Program-made: the position numbers and the translations under genes
Origin: an uncultured delta proteobacterium
GTDB lineage: Bacteria > Desulfobacterota > Syntrophia > Syntrophales > UBA2192
Direction of reading: 5' to 3'
Length of the DNA stretch: 64,000 nt
Assembly: GCA_963802225.1 (NCBI GenBank)
Contig: CAWDHZ010000031.1
Span: 251,671 to 315,670, forward strand
Shown: positions 1 through 9,691 of the stretch, piece after piece
Layout: each line of letters begins with the position of its first letter
Numbering within the stretch: position 1 is the first letter of the stretch
The notes under the pieces: generated by a model
Databases searched by the model: none
What the model saw: only the letters and a program-made list of their open reading frames with translations
What the model was told of the DNA's origin: nothing

Positions 1-52
1 CCCTCTTTGTTTTTCTCCGCCTTCGAATCCCTGTTTTCGGAGCGGGCCGCTT

Positions 53-874
53 TCAGCACCCCTTAAAACGGCCTTCCCTCCGCTCGAGGAAGGACCGGAT
101 GCCCTCGGCGGCGTCCTCGCTTGCCATGATGGGCACCAGATCCGGCAGCAGCCGGACGATGGCCGCCCGCTCTCCCTCCGCACGGGCCCGCCTGGCCGAG
201 GCAAGCGAGGCCTGGACACCCAGGGGCGCCTGCCTCGAGATCGTTTCCGCAATCTCCAGGGCCCGGTCGAACTGAAGGCCCGGCTCGGTGAGCTCCTGCA
301 CGAGGCCGAGACGCAGCGCCTCGGCGGCAGGGATCTCGTCGGCCGTGAGCAGGTAGCGCATGGCGTTTCCCCAGCCGATCTCCTGGTGCAGGCGCACCGT
401 GGCTCCCCCCACGGGGTAGATGCCCCGCCTCACCTCGATCTGCCCGAAGCGCGTATCCGATGACGCCACGCGGATGTCCATGGCGAGCAGGAGCTCCAAG
501 CCGATGGTGTAGCAGATCCCCTGGGCGGCCATGACCACGGGCTTTCCCGCACGCTTTGACTCGTCGAGACCGAAGGGGTCGCAGGCGCCTGCGGGCAGGT
601 CGGGAAACTTCGCCTCGCTGAAAAACGGCGCCCACTTCGGCAGCTCGAGGCCCGCCGTGAAATGCTTCCCGTGGGCAAAAAGCAGGCCGCAGCGAAGCTC
701 CCGCTCCCGGTCAAGCTCCCCGAAGGCCGCGGCCAGCTCCAGGTACATCTCCACGTCGAAGGCGTTCATCTTGTCGGGGCGGTTGAGCCCCATGAGGAGC
801 ACGCGGCCTTTTGTCTCGACGGTGATTTTCTTTTCGTTCATCGGCAGCTTCTTCTGTTCATGTATTGATTGCAT
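53..874 (-). CDS. enoyl-CoA hydratase/isomerase (crotonase) family protein
   Basis: 273-aa ORF with crotonase-like segments (GLNRPDKMNAF, HFTAGLEL, YPVGGATVRL). The start could instead be ATG 841 (MNEKKITVE...). Confidence 0.85.
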   Translation of the reverse strand: MQSIHEQKKLPMNEKKITVETKGRVLLMGLNRPDKMNAFDVEMYLELAAAFGELDRERELRCGLLFAHGKHFTAGLELPKWAPFFSEAKFPDLPAGACDPFGLDESKRAGKPVVMAAQGICYTIGLELLLAMDIRVASSDTRFGQIEVRRGIYPVGGATVRLHQEIGWGNAMRYLLTADEIPAAEALRLGLVQELTEPGLQFDRALEIAETISRQAPLGVQASLASARRARAEGERAAIVRLLPDLVPIMASEDAAEGIRSFLERREGRFKGC

Positions 875-978
875 CGGTCTGCATATGGCGGGTCCTCCCG
901 CTCAGCGTGTGCGCGAGGAGAGGGGAACGGTTGCGCCAGGGCCCTGCGGGCGCAGGGGCCCTGGATGAGGCAATGGTT

Positions 979-1218
979 TTACGCAGCGGCCTTCTTCAGC
1001 GCATTGCAGTTCAGGCAGATGGAGAGCCCCTGCCTGTGAACGTAATCCATCACGTCGCCGCTCATCACATTCGCCAGGTCTGCCTTCTGTGCCTTGAGCC
1101 GCCGACTTCGGCAGCTCCATTTCGTGATGAGGAGATTTCCGGGCTGGTTGGGGCAGCGGATCAGGTTCTGCCTGTTGCGCGAGATCCACTCATTGATCTG
1201 TCCCTGCAAGTCTTTCAT
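979..1218 (-). CDS. small hypothetical protein (79 aa, 4 Cys including CLNC)
   Basis: Internal ATG of the 127-aa track ORF, preceded by AAGGAGAG. No family recognised. Confidence 0.55.
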   Translation of the reverse strand: MKDLQGQINEWISRNRQNLIRCPNQPGNLLITKWSCRSRRLKAQKADLANVMSGDVMDYVHRQGLSICLNCNALKKAAA

Positions 1219-1701
1219 GGCTCTCTCCTTTTCGATCCGTGCCGTTGACGACCCGCTCGGGCAGGGACCTGTCGTTTTGAAGATGGGGGAAGATGGATCG
1301 ATCCATCTGCATGCGAAACTATTTACACCCATCATCAAAGATAATACCATCTGCGTATGCATGATTCGCGGCGGGAAAATCCCTCACGGGCGACTCAGGA
1401 AAAGGAGGAGAAGAGATCAGGGTTAAACTGAAGGCATCTCGGGTTAATCCCCATTCCGCCGGCCGGCCTTCAGTGGTATAAACATGAAAAATGCGTTACA
1501 CGTTGGATTGGCGAAGGCATGGAGCCCCTCATGAACCTTGTCGAGCGTGTCCTTGCAAGAAAGTGTTTCTTTTTATGCGGGGACGAGGCGAAAACACCCT
1601 GACAGCCGTCCTCGATGACGGTGCCGCCTTCAGGACCTCCGGGCGGGGCGCAACCACCACACCGAGGCATGCAGGAAAGAAGAAAGCAGGAGCGAAGAGA
1701 G

Positions 1702-2358
1702 ATGACGACCATACGGGTTTTGCTTGCCGATGACCACAATATCATCCGGGACGGACTCAAGACGTTGATAGAAAAAGAGGCCGGCATGGAGGTGATCGGC
1801 GAGGCGGAAAACGGCCGCAAGACGGTCCGTCTGGCCCAGAAGCTCCGCCCCAACGTGGTGATCATGGACGTGACCATGCCGGACATGAACGGGATTGACG
1901 CCACGCGGAAGATCATGGAAGAAACCCCCGGGGTCCGGGTCATAGGCCTCTCCATGCACTCTGACCGGCGGTACGTCCTGGGTATGCTCGAGGCGGGGGC
2001 TAGCGGCTACCTTCTCAAGGATTGCGCCTTCGAGGAATTGGCCACGGCCATCCGGAATGTGGCAGGGGGAAATACGTATCTCAGTCCGAGGATTGCCGAG
2101 GTGGTGGTCCAGGGGTATCTCGACAAGACGCCCGGGCCGTCCCACGGATCGGGCTCCGTTCTCACGCCGCGCGAGCGCGAGGTCCTCCAACTTCTGGCCG
2201 AGGGGATGGCAGCCAAGGAGATCGCCTCGCACCTCAGTGTGAGCGTAAAGACCGTCGAGACCCACCGACGGAACATGATGGAGAAGCTCAACATGCGAGG
2301 CATCGCCGAGCTGACAAAATACGCCGTCCGGGAAGGGCTGGTGAGCATCGAGGGGTAA
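1702..2358 (+). CDS. NarL/FixJ-type response regulator (REC + LuxR-type HTH)
   Basis: Start chosen at MTTIRVLLADDH with AGGAG upstream. Receiver motifs are present. C-terminal LTPREREVLQLLAEGMAAKEIA...KTVETHR is a LuxR HTH. Confidence 0.9.
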   Translation: MTTIRVLLADDHNIIRDGLKTLIEKEAGMEVIGEAENGRKTVRLAQKLRPNVVIMDVTMPDMNGIDATRKIMEETPGVRVIGLSMHSDRRYVLGMLEAGASGYLLKDCAFEELATAIRNVAGGNTYLSPRIAEVVVQGYLDKTPGPSHGSGSVLTPREREVLQLLAEGMAAKEIASHLSVSVKTVETHRRNMMEKLNMRGIAELTKYAVREGLVSIEG

Positions 2359-2373
2359 GCCTGAAACCATTGA

Positions 2374-5300
2374 TCAGATCTTTTCTTTTCTTCTTTTCCC
2401 GGTTTTGCGTGATACGGCGACGCCGGCAGCTTTCTTCGGCAGCGTGACGGTCACTTCCGATCCCTTCCCCGGCTCGGATTCGATCCTGATTTTCCCATGA
2501 TACGACTTCACCCTCTCGCGGATGCTGAAGAGGCCGAAACCGCCATCCACTCCGACCGAGCCGATGTTGCCGACATCGAAACCCTGCCCGTCATCTGCAA
2601 CGACCATGTTGATGTCGTCCCTCTCCTCGACGATGCGGATGCTCGCCTTCCGGGCTCCGCTGTGCTTGACGATGTTCTGTACAAGCTCCTTCACCAACTG
2701 GAAGATCATCACCTCCAGGTCCTGAGCCAGGTTCGTGAGCCTTCCGCCGAATGAGCACGAGACGGAGATGCCCTTCCGGGCCGTCACTTCCTCCGTCAGC
2801 GATTGCACGGCCACCCGCAGCCCCATGTCATAGAGCACGGGGTTGCTGATGTCGGTCATCAGTGCCCTGGTTTCCCGGATGGCCTGCACGAGAAGCTGCT
2901 GCGCCTCGTCGATCGCGCGCCGGGAATCATCGTCGCCCGGCTTGCTCCTGAGCAGGTCGATCCTCATCCTGGCCGCCGCCAGCGTCTGGGCCACTTCGTC
3001 GTGCAGGGTCACGGAAATCTTCTTGCGCTCCCGTTCTTCCGCCAGGACCAGCTCCGAGGCCAGCTTGCGCAGCTCATCCCGGCTCTTCTCGAGATCCTCC
3101 AGGAGCAGCATCAGCTCCGCCGTGCGCTCCCGGACCTTGTCCTCCAGCTCATCCTTCGCCTGCTTCAGGGCCTGCTCGATCTCGATACGCTCGGTGATGT
3201 CCAGGATGACCACGGCGCTGCCGGTGATCTTTCCGTCGACGTCATGGATCGGGACGGCACTGTTCATGACGAAGGCCGTGGTGCCGTCGAATCGCTCGAT
3301 CCGCATCATCTGGCCGGTGACGGATTCCCCTTTCTTCACGGCCCGGGCCGAGGCCCATTCATCGGGTTGGACCTGCCTGCCCGAGTCGATCCACCATGCC
3401 TTGTACTTGCCATAGTCGTCGACCGACCGCGCCTCGGGGCGTGGCTCGCCCCAGATCTGATCATACATGATGTTGGACTGGACGTTTCCGCCCGATTCGT
3501 CCACCAGGGCGACACCGACGGGGAGTGCTTCCATGAGGGCTTCGATGCGGATTCTCTCGGTTGTGGCCTCGATGCGGGCAATCTCGCGTTCCTCTTCTAC
3601 CCGCCTGCGGTCATCCACGTCCGTCGATGTGCCGTACCACTTCATCACTTGCCCTGTCTCATCGGGCACGGGGACGGCGCGAGTCAGGAACCAGCGAAAC
3701 CTGCCGTCGGCGAGCTGCAAGCGGTGCTCGATCTCGTAGGGCGACCCGGTCCGGACCGCACTCTTCCATGCCTCGACGGTCCGCGGACGGTCCTCGGCGT
3801 AAACGGCGGTCCTCCATGGCTCACGGGTCGCAAATAAAGAGAGGCGGCGGTTGAAGTAGTCCACCCTGCCGTCGGGTTCTGCCGTCCAGACCAGCTGCGG
3901 CATGGAGTCGGCCAGCTGCCGGAAACGTGCCTCGTTTCGCCGCAGCGTCTCTTCGGCCTGTTTGCGTTCCGTGATGTCGATGCAGGTGTTCACCCATTCC
4001 CGTACGCTGCCGTCATCCCGCAAGACGGGCACGCCGCGGCACAGGAAATGCCGGTAGGTACCGTCATGCCACCGCAGGCGGGCTTCGCTCTCGAAGCCCT
4101 GTTTTTCTTCAACGGCTTTTCGCCAGACGGCCAGGGTGATCTCGACGTCGTCGGGATGAAGCGCCTTTGACCAGCCCCAACCCCGCATTTCGTCGAAGGT
4201 CTGGCCTGTATATTGTCGCAGGGCCGGCATGTCTTCCACAATCTCGCCGTCGGCATTGGTCGTCCAGCCCATCTGGCCCGTGAGGTCCATATACGAGCGA
4301 TACCTCGCTTCACTCCCGCGCAGGGCCTCCTCGGCCAGCTTGCGCCCGGTGATGTCTACGACGATCCCGATGTAGCGCATCGGCCGACCTTTGACATCAA
4401 CCTGCGGCTGTCCTCGGGACATCAGCCAGCGGATCGAACCGTCGCGGTCTCTCACCCGCCACTCCGCATTCAGCTCTGCCCCATGGGTTACCGCTTCCTG
4501 CACGATCTGCTCGGTCTTTGCCCGGTCATCGGGATGGATCGTTTGCCGCCACGTCTCGTAGGTGGGCTTGCAGTCGTGAGGATCCAAGCCATACAGTTTC
4601 CACAATTCCTCGGACCAGATGTTTTCATGGGTCCGCAAGTCCCATTCCCAGGTACCGGCCTTTCCGGCGTCATGGGCCAGGCGGAGCCTTGCCTCGCTCT
4701 TCCTGATGGCCTCTTCTGCTTGTTTGCGCGCGGTAATGTCCATGAAAATCACCGCAAACTGTCCCGGCGCCGGCCGGTACGCGAAAACCTCGTAGTCCCT
4801 GCCGACTGCCGAGGAGTGGCTCTCGAAGTGGGCAGGCGTGCCGGTGAGAGCGACCTCGCCATATCGCTTGATCCAATCCGGCTCCGTGCCCGGCAGGACT
4901 TCTACCACGGTTTTCCCGACCACGTCCTGCCGCTTCAGCCCGGTCAGCCTCTCGAATGCCGGGTTGACGTCCAGGAAGCGGTAATCGCAGGGCTCGCCAC
5001 TTTCGTCGTAGAGCAGTTCATGAAGGGCAAACCCCTCGTTCATGCTCTCGAAGAGTCTCCGGTAGCGCTCCTCGCTTTCCTGCAGTGCCGCCTCCGCCCG
5101 CTTGCGATCGGTCACGTCCCAGCCGTAGAGATTCGCATAGCGGCCCTCCACGATGGGCGTCACGACGAAAGCGAAATCCCGGCCGGCAATCCGGGTCTCG
5201 AGAGCCCGCGGGGCGCCTTCGTTCAATGCGGCCTCGACGGCCTCGCGAACCCAATCCGGGAACTGAATCCCGTTCGCGGTCCGCCATTGAACCAGGACGG

Positions 5301-6627
5301 TCTCTGCCGCGGGATTCGAGAAAAGCAGGGTTCCGTCGCGGTGGATCCGCAGGACCGGCTCGGGGTTCTGGATCGGGAAGAGGGCCGCGCTGCGTAGGGC
5401 CTCCTCGGCTTGCCTGCGCTCGGTGACGTCACGGATGATGATCGTCCTCTCGGAGCCTCCATCGGATTTCAACTCCGGAGAAAAGGACAACTCGGCGGGA
5501 AAGATTGAACCGTCCTTTCTCTTCAGATCCATCCCAATGTTGCGGCAGGGCTCCCCGCACAGGCATGCGTGAAAGAGCTCCCGGGACTGTTCGGGAACAA
5601 TCTGCTCTGCCAGGCTCTGGCCGGCGGCCTCATCCCGGCCGTACCCGAATGTTTCCTCCGCGGTCGGATTCATCAGGATGATCTTTCCCTTGCGGTCGAT
5701 GGCGATGATGGCATCGGCAGCCATATCGATGAGGGCCCTGTAGTGTGTCTCGGACTTTCTGAAGAAATCGGCCAGCGCCCTCTCGATGGTGGTCCCTCTG
5801 CTTCGGGCGTCTGCGAGGGCCTGCATCGAGGCGACCACCAGATATACATTGCCCATGTACTGTGCAGCTCTCCCCAGCCATCTCATGGGGCTTCCATACG
5901 CACCGAGGGCGACCCCGAAGATCCCTGCGCTGATCAGCAGCAGCGCGTTGACGGAATAAAGCAGAAACCCGGATCTCCTCTCCGCGTAGACCGTCATCAT
6001 CAGCAGGGCGGAAGTGAGCAGAAGCGTGGCGGAGACAGCGAGGACAACCTGCCGGATGACGGTAGGGCCTTCCCCGACGACGAAAAAGGGCGGAAGGATA
6101 TGAAGTGCAGACTCCGCCATCAGGGCGGCCCCCAAAAAGAATACGGCACCGCAGCCGGCTATCGCGATCGGGCCCCTTCGTCTTTCGATCTCCATCGAGA
6201 ATCCAAATGCGGTGAACAGGGAGCTCGCAAAGAAAAGGATGGCCGCGCAGAGAACACCGATATGGTGGATCATTACCGCTTCGTTCGGGTCGTAAGGATG
6301 GCGCATCAGCCATCCGGCGGCAAGGGAGGACAGCCCGAAGGTAAGAACGCCGCAGCCCAGCATGAGGACGTTCAGAAACCCGCCGCGCAGAAAACTCCTG
6401 AAACACAGCACTCCGATGAACAGGCACAGTCCAGTGATGAAAACAGCGTCCAGCGTAAAAAGCAGCCAGGGGGGCTCAAAAACATGTTTCGAGGACCGAA
6501 GCTCAGGACCTGCGGCGTAGAGGATCACGAAGAACAGGAGGAACAGGAGAACGGGCAGGGTTTCGGGCTTGCCGAACAGGTCGGACCTGAACCGTTTCTT
6601 TTCGGATCTTTCTGCTGGATGTTGCAT
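2374..6627 (-). CDS. membrane sensor histidine kinase with multiple PAS/PAC domains (HisKA_3 + HATPase_c)
   Basis: 1417 aa. The N-terminal ~270 aa are polytopic hydrophobic. Repeated PAS-like modules follow (each ...RKxAEEALRxSEE... linker). C-terminal LHDEVAQTL (H-box, NarX/LiaS type) and GFGLFSIRERV...G-box. Convergent with the RR gene at 1702. Confidence 0.9.
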   Translation of the reverse strand: MQHPAERSEKKRFRSDLFGKPETLPVLLFLLFFVILYAAGPELRSSKHVFEPPWLLFTLDAVFITGLCLFIGVLCFRSFLRGGFLNVLMLGCGVLTFGLSSLAAGWLMRHPYDPNEAVMIHHIGVLCAAILFFASSLFTAFGFSMEIERRRGPIAIAGCGAVFFLGAALMAESALHILPPFFVVGEGPTVIRQVVLAVSATLLLTSALLMMTVYAERRSGFLLYSVNALLLISAGIFGVALGAYGSPMRWLGRAAQYMGNVYLVVASMQALADARSRGTTIERALADFFRKSETHYRALIDMAADAIIAIDRKGKIILMNPTAEETFGYGRDEAAGQSLAEQIVPEQSRELFHACLCGEPCRNIGMDLKRKDGSIFPAELSFSPELKSDGGSERTIIIRDVTERRQAEEALRSAALFPIQNPEPVLRIHRDGTLLFSNPAAETVLVQWRTANGIQFPDWVREAVEAALNEGAPRALETRIAGRDFAFVVTPIVEGRYANLYGWDVTDRKRAEAALQESEERYRRLFESMNEGFALHELLYDESGEPCDYRFLDVNPAFERLTGLKRQDVVGKTVVEVLPGTEPDWIKRYGEVALTGTPAHFESHSSAVGRDYEVFAYRPAPGQFAVIFMDITARKQAEEAIRKSEARLRLAHDAGKAGTWEWDLRTHENIWSEELWKLYGLDPHDCKPTYETWRQTIHPDDRAKTEQIVQEAVTHGAELNAEWRVRDRDGSIRWLMSRGQPQVDVKGRPMRYIGIVVDITGRKLAEEALRGSEARYRSYMDLTGQMGWTTNADGEIVEDMPALRQYTGQTFDEMRGWGWSKALHPDDVEITLAVWRKAVEEKQGFESEARLRWHDGTYRHFLCRGVPVLRDDGSVREWVNTCIDITERKQAEETLRRNEARFRQLADSMPQLVWTAEPDGRVDYFNRRLSLFATREPWRTAVYAEDRPRTVEAWKSAVRTGSPYEIEHRLQLADGRFRWFLTRAVPVPDETGQVMKWYGTSTDVDDRRRVEEEREIARIEATTERIRIEALMEALPVGVALVDESGGNVQSNIMYDQIWGEPRPEARSVDDYGKYKAWWIDSGRQVQPDEWASARAVKKGESVTGQMMRIERFDGTTAFVMNSAVPIHDVDGKITGSAVVILDITERIEIEQALKQAKDELEDKVRERTAELMLLLEDLEKSRDELRKLASELVLAEERERKKISVTLHDEVAQTLAAARMRIDLLRSKPGDDDSRRAIDEAQQLLVQAIRETRALMTDISNPVLYDMGLRVAVQSLTEEVTARKGISVSCSFGGRLTNLAQDLEVMIFQLVKELVQNIVKHSGARKASIRIVEERDDINMVVADDGQGFDVGNIGSVGVDGGFGLFSIRERVKSYHGKIRIESEPGKGSEVTVTLPKKAAGVAVSRKTGKRRKEKI

Positions 6628-6958
6628 AAGACCATCACTCCCTGGAACGGGCTGTTCATGATGCGGTTCAGGATCCGCTCATGTCATATTCCCCATGACC
6701 CATTGCATGAAGCGAATCCTTCCTGCCCGGCTCGAGGATTCCTGCAAGGGTTCAAAGGATAAAGATATCCATGAGGGCATCAAATCCTTTGCCGCGGCAT
6801 ATCCTTCGAAGTTTCTTATTATATTTTGCTGAGCAGGGGAATAAGTTATTCGCTGATATCCTTCTCAGGGAATCCCTTAGACGATCGGATCCGTCTGGAC
6901 CTCCCGCCGATTTCTTCTCTTTTCCGTCGGTTATCGCGCCCGCCGGACCTGTCCTGTT

Positions 6959-6987
6959 TTATGATATCTTGAGCATGAGAGTATAAT
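6959..6987 (+). promoter_or_regulatory. candidate sigma70 promoter TTATGA-N17-TATAAT
   Basis: Perfect -10 hexamer in the AT-rich 545-nt gap, about 185 nt upstream of the REC gene at 7173. Confidence 0.3.
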
Positions 6988-7172
6988 GAAATCCTCCGGG
7001 TGTCGATCCGGTTTCAGGATGGATGAGGGTATTTGCTCAAAATTCTTACTCACGTTAAGGGATTCCCCTATATCTTTCTGTCTCATGATGCGATAATCAG
7101 AGTAGCAAGCAAGAATGAATTCGCAGGCGGACCGGGCCGACAAGGGTCCAGAGAACATCGGGAAAGAATCGC

Positions 7173-7538
7173 ATGAATACCAGGGTGATGATCGTTGACG
7201 ATCACAAGATGTTCCGGGACGGCCTTCGGGGGCTGATCAATGCCGAACCGGGCATGGAGGTCGTGGGCGAGGCCGTCGACGGCAAGGAGGCCATCGAAAT
7301 GGCCCGAAGTCTTGCCCCCGACGTGGTGGTCATGGATATCAGCATGCCGGGGATGAACGGAATCGAAGCGATGCGGCATGTGATCAAAGACAGCCCGAAG
7401 GTCAAGGTGATCATGCTGTCCATGTATTCCAGCGGCCCGCTGGTACAAAGTGTCCTGGCGGCCGGCGCCACCGGATACGTCCTCAAGGGCTCCGACTTCG
7501 CTGAACTGGCGGAGGCCATCCGTCGTGTTATATTATAA
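7173..7538 (+). CDS. receiver-domain-only protein, apparently a truncated NarL-type regulator
   Basis: 121 aa, co-linear with the REC domain of the 1702 regulator up to ...AEAIRRV, then stops. No HTH follows in any frame. Confidence 0.7.
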   Translation: MNTRVMIVDDHKMFRDGLRGLINAEPGMEVVGEAVDGKEAIEMARSLAPDVVVMDISMPGMNGIEAMRHVIKDSPKVKVIMLSMYSSGPLVQSVLAAGATGYVLKGSDFAELAEAIRRVIL

Positions 7539-7852
7539 GGTGCTCGTCCTATCGGGTTATCCGGCCGATGGGTTCCCTGCGCAGATTCTGCATGAAGTCC
7601 GTGAAAGCTTTTCCCGGAAACCCTTCGCTCCACATAGCTTGTCCTGATCCCGCCGCGATTCAGCAGGTCGATATCGTCCCCGTCCTTCAGCCGGTCCCTT
7701 TTCATCACTCCGGCTTGCATTCCACAAAACGTTGCATGGTCATGAATGAAGTCCACCCCATCCGGCATTGGGGGGGGCCGGATGGGGTGGAGGAGGAGGG
7801 GTGGTTGTTAGAAGCCGTGGATGCGGATAAGCAATCGGTTGAAAGAGTTTCG

Positions 7853-8428
7853 TTACGTCATCAAGAAGCTCGCCACGACATCCTTGAGGATCTTGACCCG
7901 TGACGATAAATCGCGCTTGGCGGTCTTCTTTGCAAGATCCTTGTGGCAATCCAGATCGAAGTGACCGAAGGAATGGCCATTTGCCTCGTCCTCGGGGAAA
8001 ATGTGGAAGGTCACCTTGATTTTGAACAATACGTCGGGATCGATCTGAGCGACCAGCCTGGCCATCACCCTCCTGATGAGGAGGTCCCGCACATGGGGCG
8101 CAGCCGACTGGATCTCCGTGAAGACGATGCCCACTATGGTCCCCCGCTTGTACCATCCGCGGACATCCGTCTCACGGATGCCGGATGCAAGGGCTTGCTT
8201 CAGTTTGCGTCGCGCATCAGCCGGGCTGGTCTGCATCAGGCGGGAGATGTCAAGCCGCATCAGCATCAGGGGCCGCATCGAACGCTGAGAGCGCTTCTTC
8301 TCGAGGTTGAGCATCTCGTTGAAGTGAGATTCCTCGTAGAAGTCCTCGCTTTCCCCGAAGACATCCTTCGCCTTCCCGCGATTGGATACCAGCCGTAAAT
8401 CGACACCCTTGTTTTCCAGCAGATTCAT
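7853..8428 (-). CDS. stand-alone degenerate GGDEF-like domain protein
   Basis: C-terminal 191 aa of the 576-aa track ORF (the rest is antisense to the protease gene). The pattern RPLMLMRLDISRL...IRETDVRGWYKRGTIVGIVFTEI follows the GGDEF-domain layout, with KRGTI in place of GGDEF. Confidence 0.6.
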   Translation of the reverse strand: MNLLENKGVDLRLVSNRGKAKDVFGESEDFYEESHFNEMLNLEKKRSQRSMRPLMLMRLDISRLMQTSPADARRKLKQALASGIRETDVRGWYKRGTIVGIVFTEIQSAAPHVRDLLIRRVMARLVAQIDPDVLFKIKVTFHIFPEDEANGHSFGHFDLDCHKDLAKKTAKRDLSSRVKILKDVVASFLMT

Positions 8429-8644
8429 TTTCGTCTTTTGTTCATGTGGTTTTTTGCGCTGATCGCACAGTAACAAGAGTGGCATGCATCCGCCAATCAG
8501 GGAAAACCTGATTTGTCGCGTCGAAATACCGTACCTTGAAAACGAGTGCCGCGCAGGGAGGCACACCGCCAGGGGGAGGGAGCTCTTCTTTTCCGCCATG
8601 GCAAGCTGTGCCTTTTCACTTCTGTGCCGATTTGGGACAGGAGC

Positions 8645-8673
8645 TTGAGTTCGACCGCGATATGACTTATAGT
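8645..8673 (+). promoter_or_regulatory. candidate sigma70 promoter TTGAGT-N17-TATAGT
   Basis: Hexamers with 17-nt spacing, about 35 nt upstream of the protease ATG. Confidence 0.4.
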
Positions 8674-8707
8674 AAAGTAAAATTTCTGCAAGGGGGCATG
8701 ACAGGCC

Positions 8708-9505
8708 ATGAACCGGAAAAGCGTTTTCGTTCGGGGCATGCTTGCATGCCTTCTCCTCGCCATGGCCGGCTGTGCCGCGCCCGTGAAAAGCCCCCGCGAA
8801 ACGCCCGTCGTCCAAGTCGTCCGGGACAACGCCGCCTCCGTCGTGAACATCCGCACGGAAAGCCTCGTCGATCTCAAGGAGCACCCCGCCTGGGGCCAGT
8901 ACGGCGAGCGGCTCGACCGCTTCTTCAAACAATACTTCGGCGAGGACTACTCCGAGGGGACGGTGAAGCTCAAGAGCCTGGGCTCCGGCGTCATCGTCGA
9001 CAAGGACGGCCTCATCGTAACCAATGCCCACGTCGTGCACCGGGCGACGACCATCTACGCCGTGCTTCGCGACGGCACCGTGGCGGAGGCGAAGGTCGTC
9101 AAGGTCAACACCCTCGATGACCTCGCCCTGATCCGGATTGAGCCGGCCCGGGGCCTCAGGGCTGTCCGGTTTGCCGACGTGAAGACCCTCATGATCGGCG
9201 AGAGCGTCGTCGCCATCGGCAATCCCCTTGGGCTCGAGAATTCCGTCACCACGGGCGTCATCAGCGGCATCGACCGGGCCTTCAAGAATCAGGAGTGCGA
9301 CTATGCCTGCTCGGGGCTGTTGCAGACGGATGCCTCCATCAACCCCGGTAACAGTGGCGGGGCGCTTTTGAACATGGATGGCGATCTGGTGGGCATCAAC
9401 CTGGCCGTGGTGCTGGGCGCGCAGAACATCGGCTTTGCTGTCCCGGTGAACAAGGTCTTGCAGATGCTGGAAGGGGGGAAAGCGGTCCCGCAACCGATCA
9501 AGTGA
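8708..9505 (+). CDS. trypsin-like serine protease (S1C/HtrA-like catalytic domain, no PDZ), lipoprotein
   Basis: Lipobox LLAMAGC. His/Asp/Ser triad contexts are TNAHVV, DLALIRI and GNSGGALL. Confidence 0.9.
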   Translation: MNRKSVFVRGMLACLLLAMAGCAAPVKSPRETPVVQVVRDNAASVVNIRTESLVDLKEHPAWGQYGERLDRFFKQYFGEDYSEGTVKLKSLGSGVIVDKDGLIVTNAHVVHRATTIYAVLRDGTVAEAKVVKVNTLDDLALIRIEPARGLRAVRFADVKTLMIGESVVAIGNPLGLENSVTTGVISGIDRAFKNQECDYACSGLLQTDASINPGNSGGALLNMDGDLVGINLAVVLGAQNIGFAVPVNKVLQMLEGGKAVPQPIK

Positions 9506-9573
9506 GCAGGGCGGCCACCAGAGAGGTCTTCGACGAGCGGCGCCTGCAATGCAAGGGCATACCACAAAGAAAA

Positions 9574-9604
9574 GCCCGGTCAACGCGACCGGGCCTCTTT
9601 TCTC
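9574..9604 (+). terminator. Rho-independent terminator
   Basis: GCCCGGTC-aacgc-GACCGGGC followed by CTCTTTTCTC. Confidence 0.7.
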
Positions 9605-9609
9605 TCATT

Positions 9610-9672
9610 GGTCATTCCGGACTTGGTCCGGAATCCATTTTTTTGTGGATTCCCGCATGCGCTGGAATGACC
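9610..9672. repeat. REP-like composite palindromic element
   Basis: Outer inverted repeat GGTCATTCC/GGAATGACC. Inner stems are ATTCCGGAC-ttg-GTCCGGAAT and GGAATCCA-T7-TGGATTCC. It translates as the familiar spurious ...WIPACAGMT... peptide. Confidence 0.5.
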
Positions 9673-9691
9673 CTTACTGATGAATCAGCTT

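Noticed and set aside
21-40. tRNA T-arm-like string TTCGAATCC.
   Set aside because: The flanking bases cannot form the T-stem, and no acceptor or anticodon arms are present. It lies just beyond the 3' end (stop at 53) of the crotonase gene.
936-964. 13-bp GC-rich hairpin (CCAGGGCCCTGCG/CGCAGGGGCCCTGG) between the 79-aa gene and the crotonase gene, considered as a terminator.
   Set aside because: No U-run follows on the minus strand. It may be a stabiliser or an attenuator, but I cannot call it a terminator.
7853-9583. 576-aa minus-strand ORF taken at face value.
   Set aside because: Only the C-terminal 191 aa (7853-8428) look like protein. The upstream part is antisense to the well-supported S1C protease gene and crosses its promoter region.
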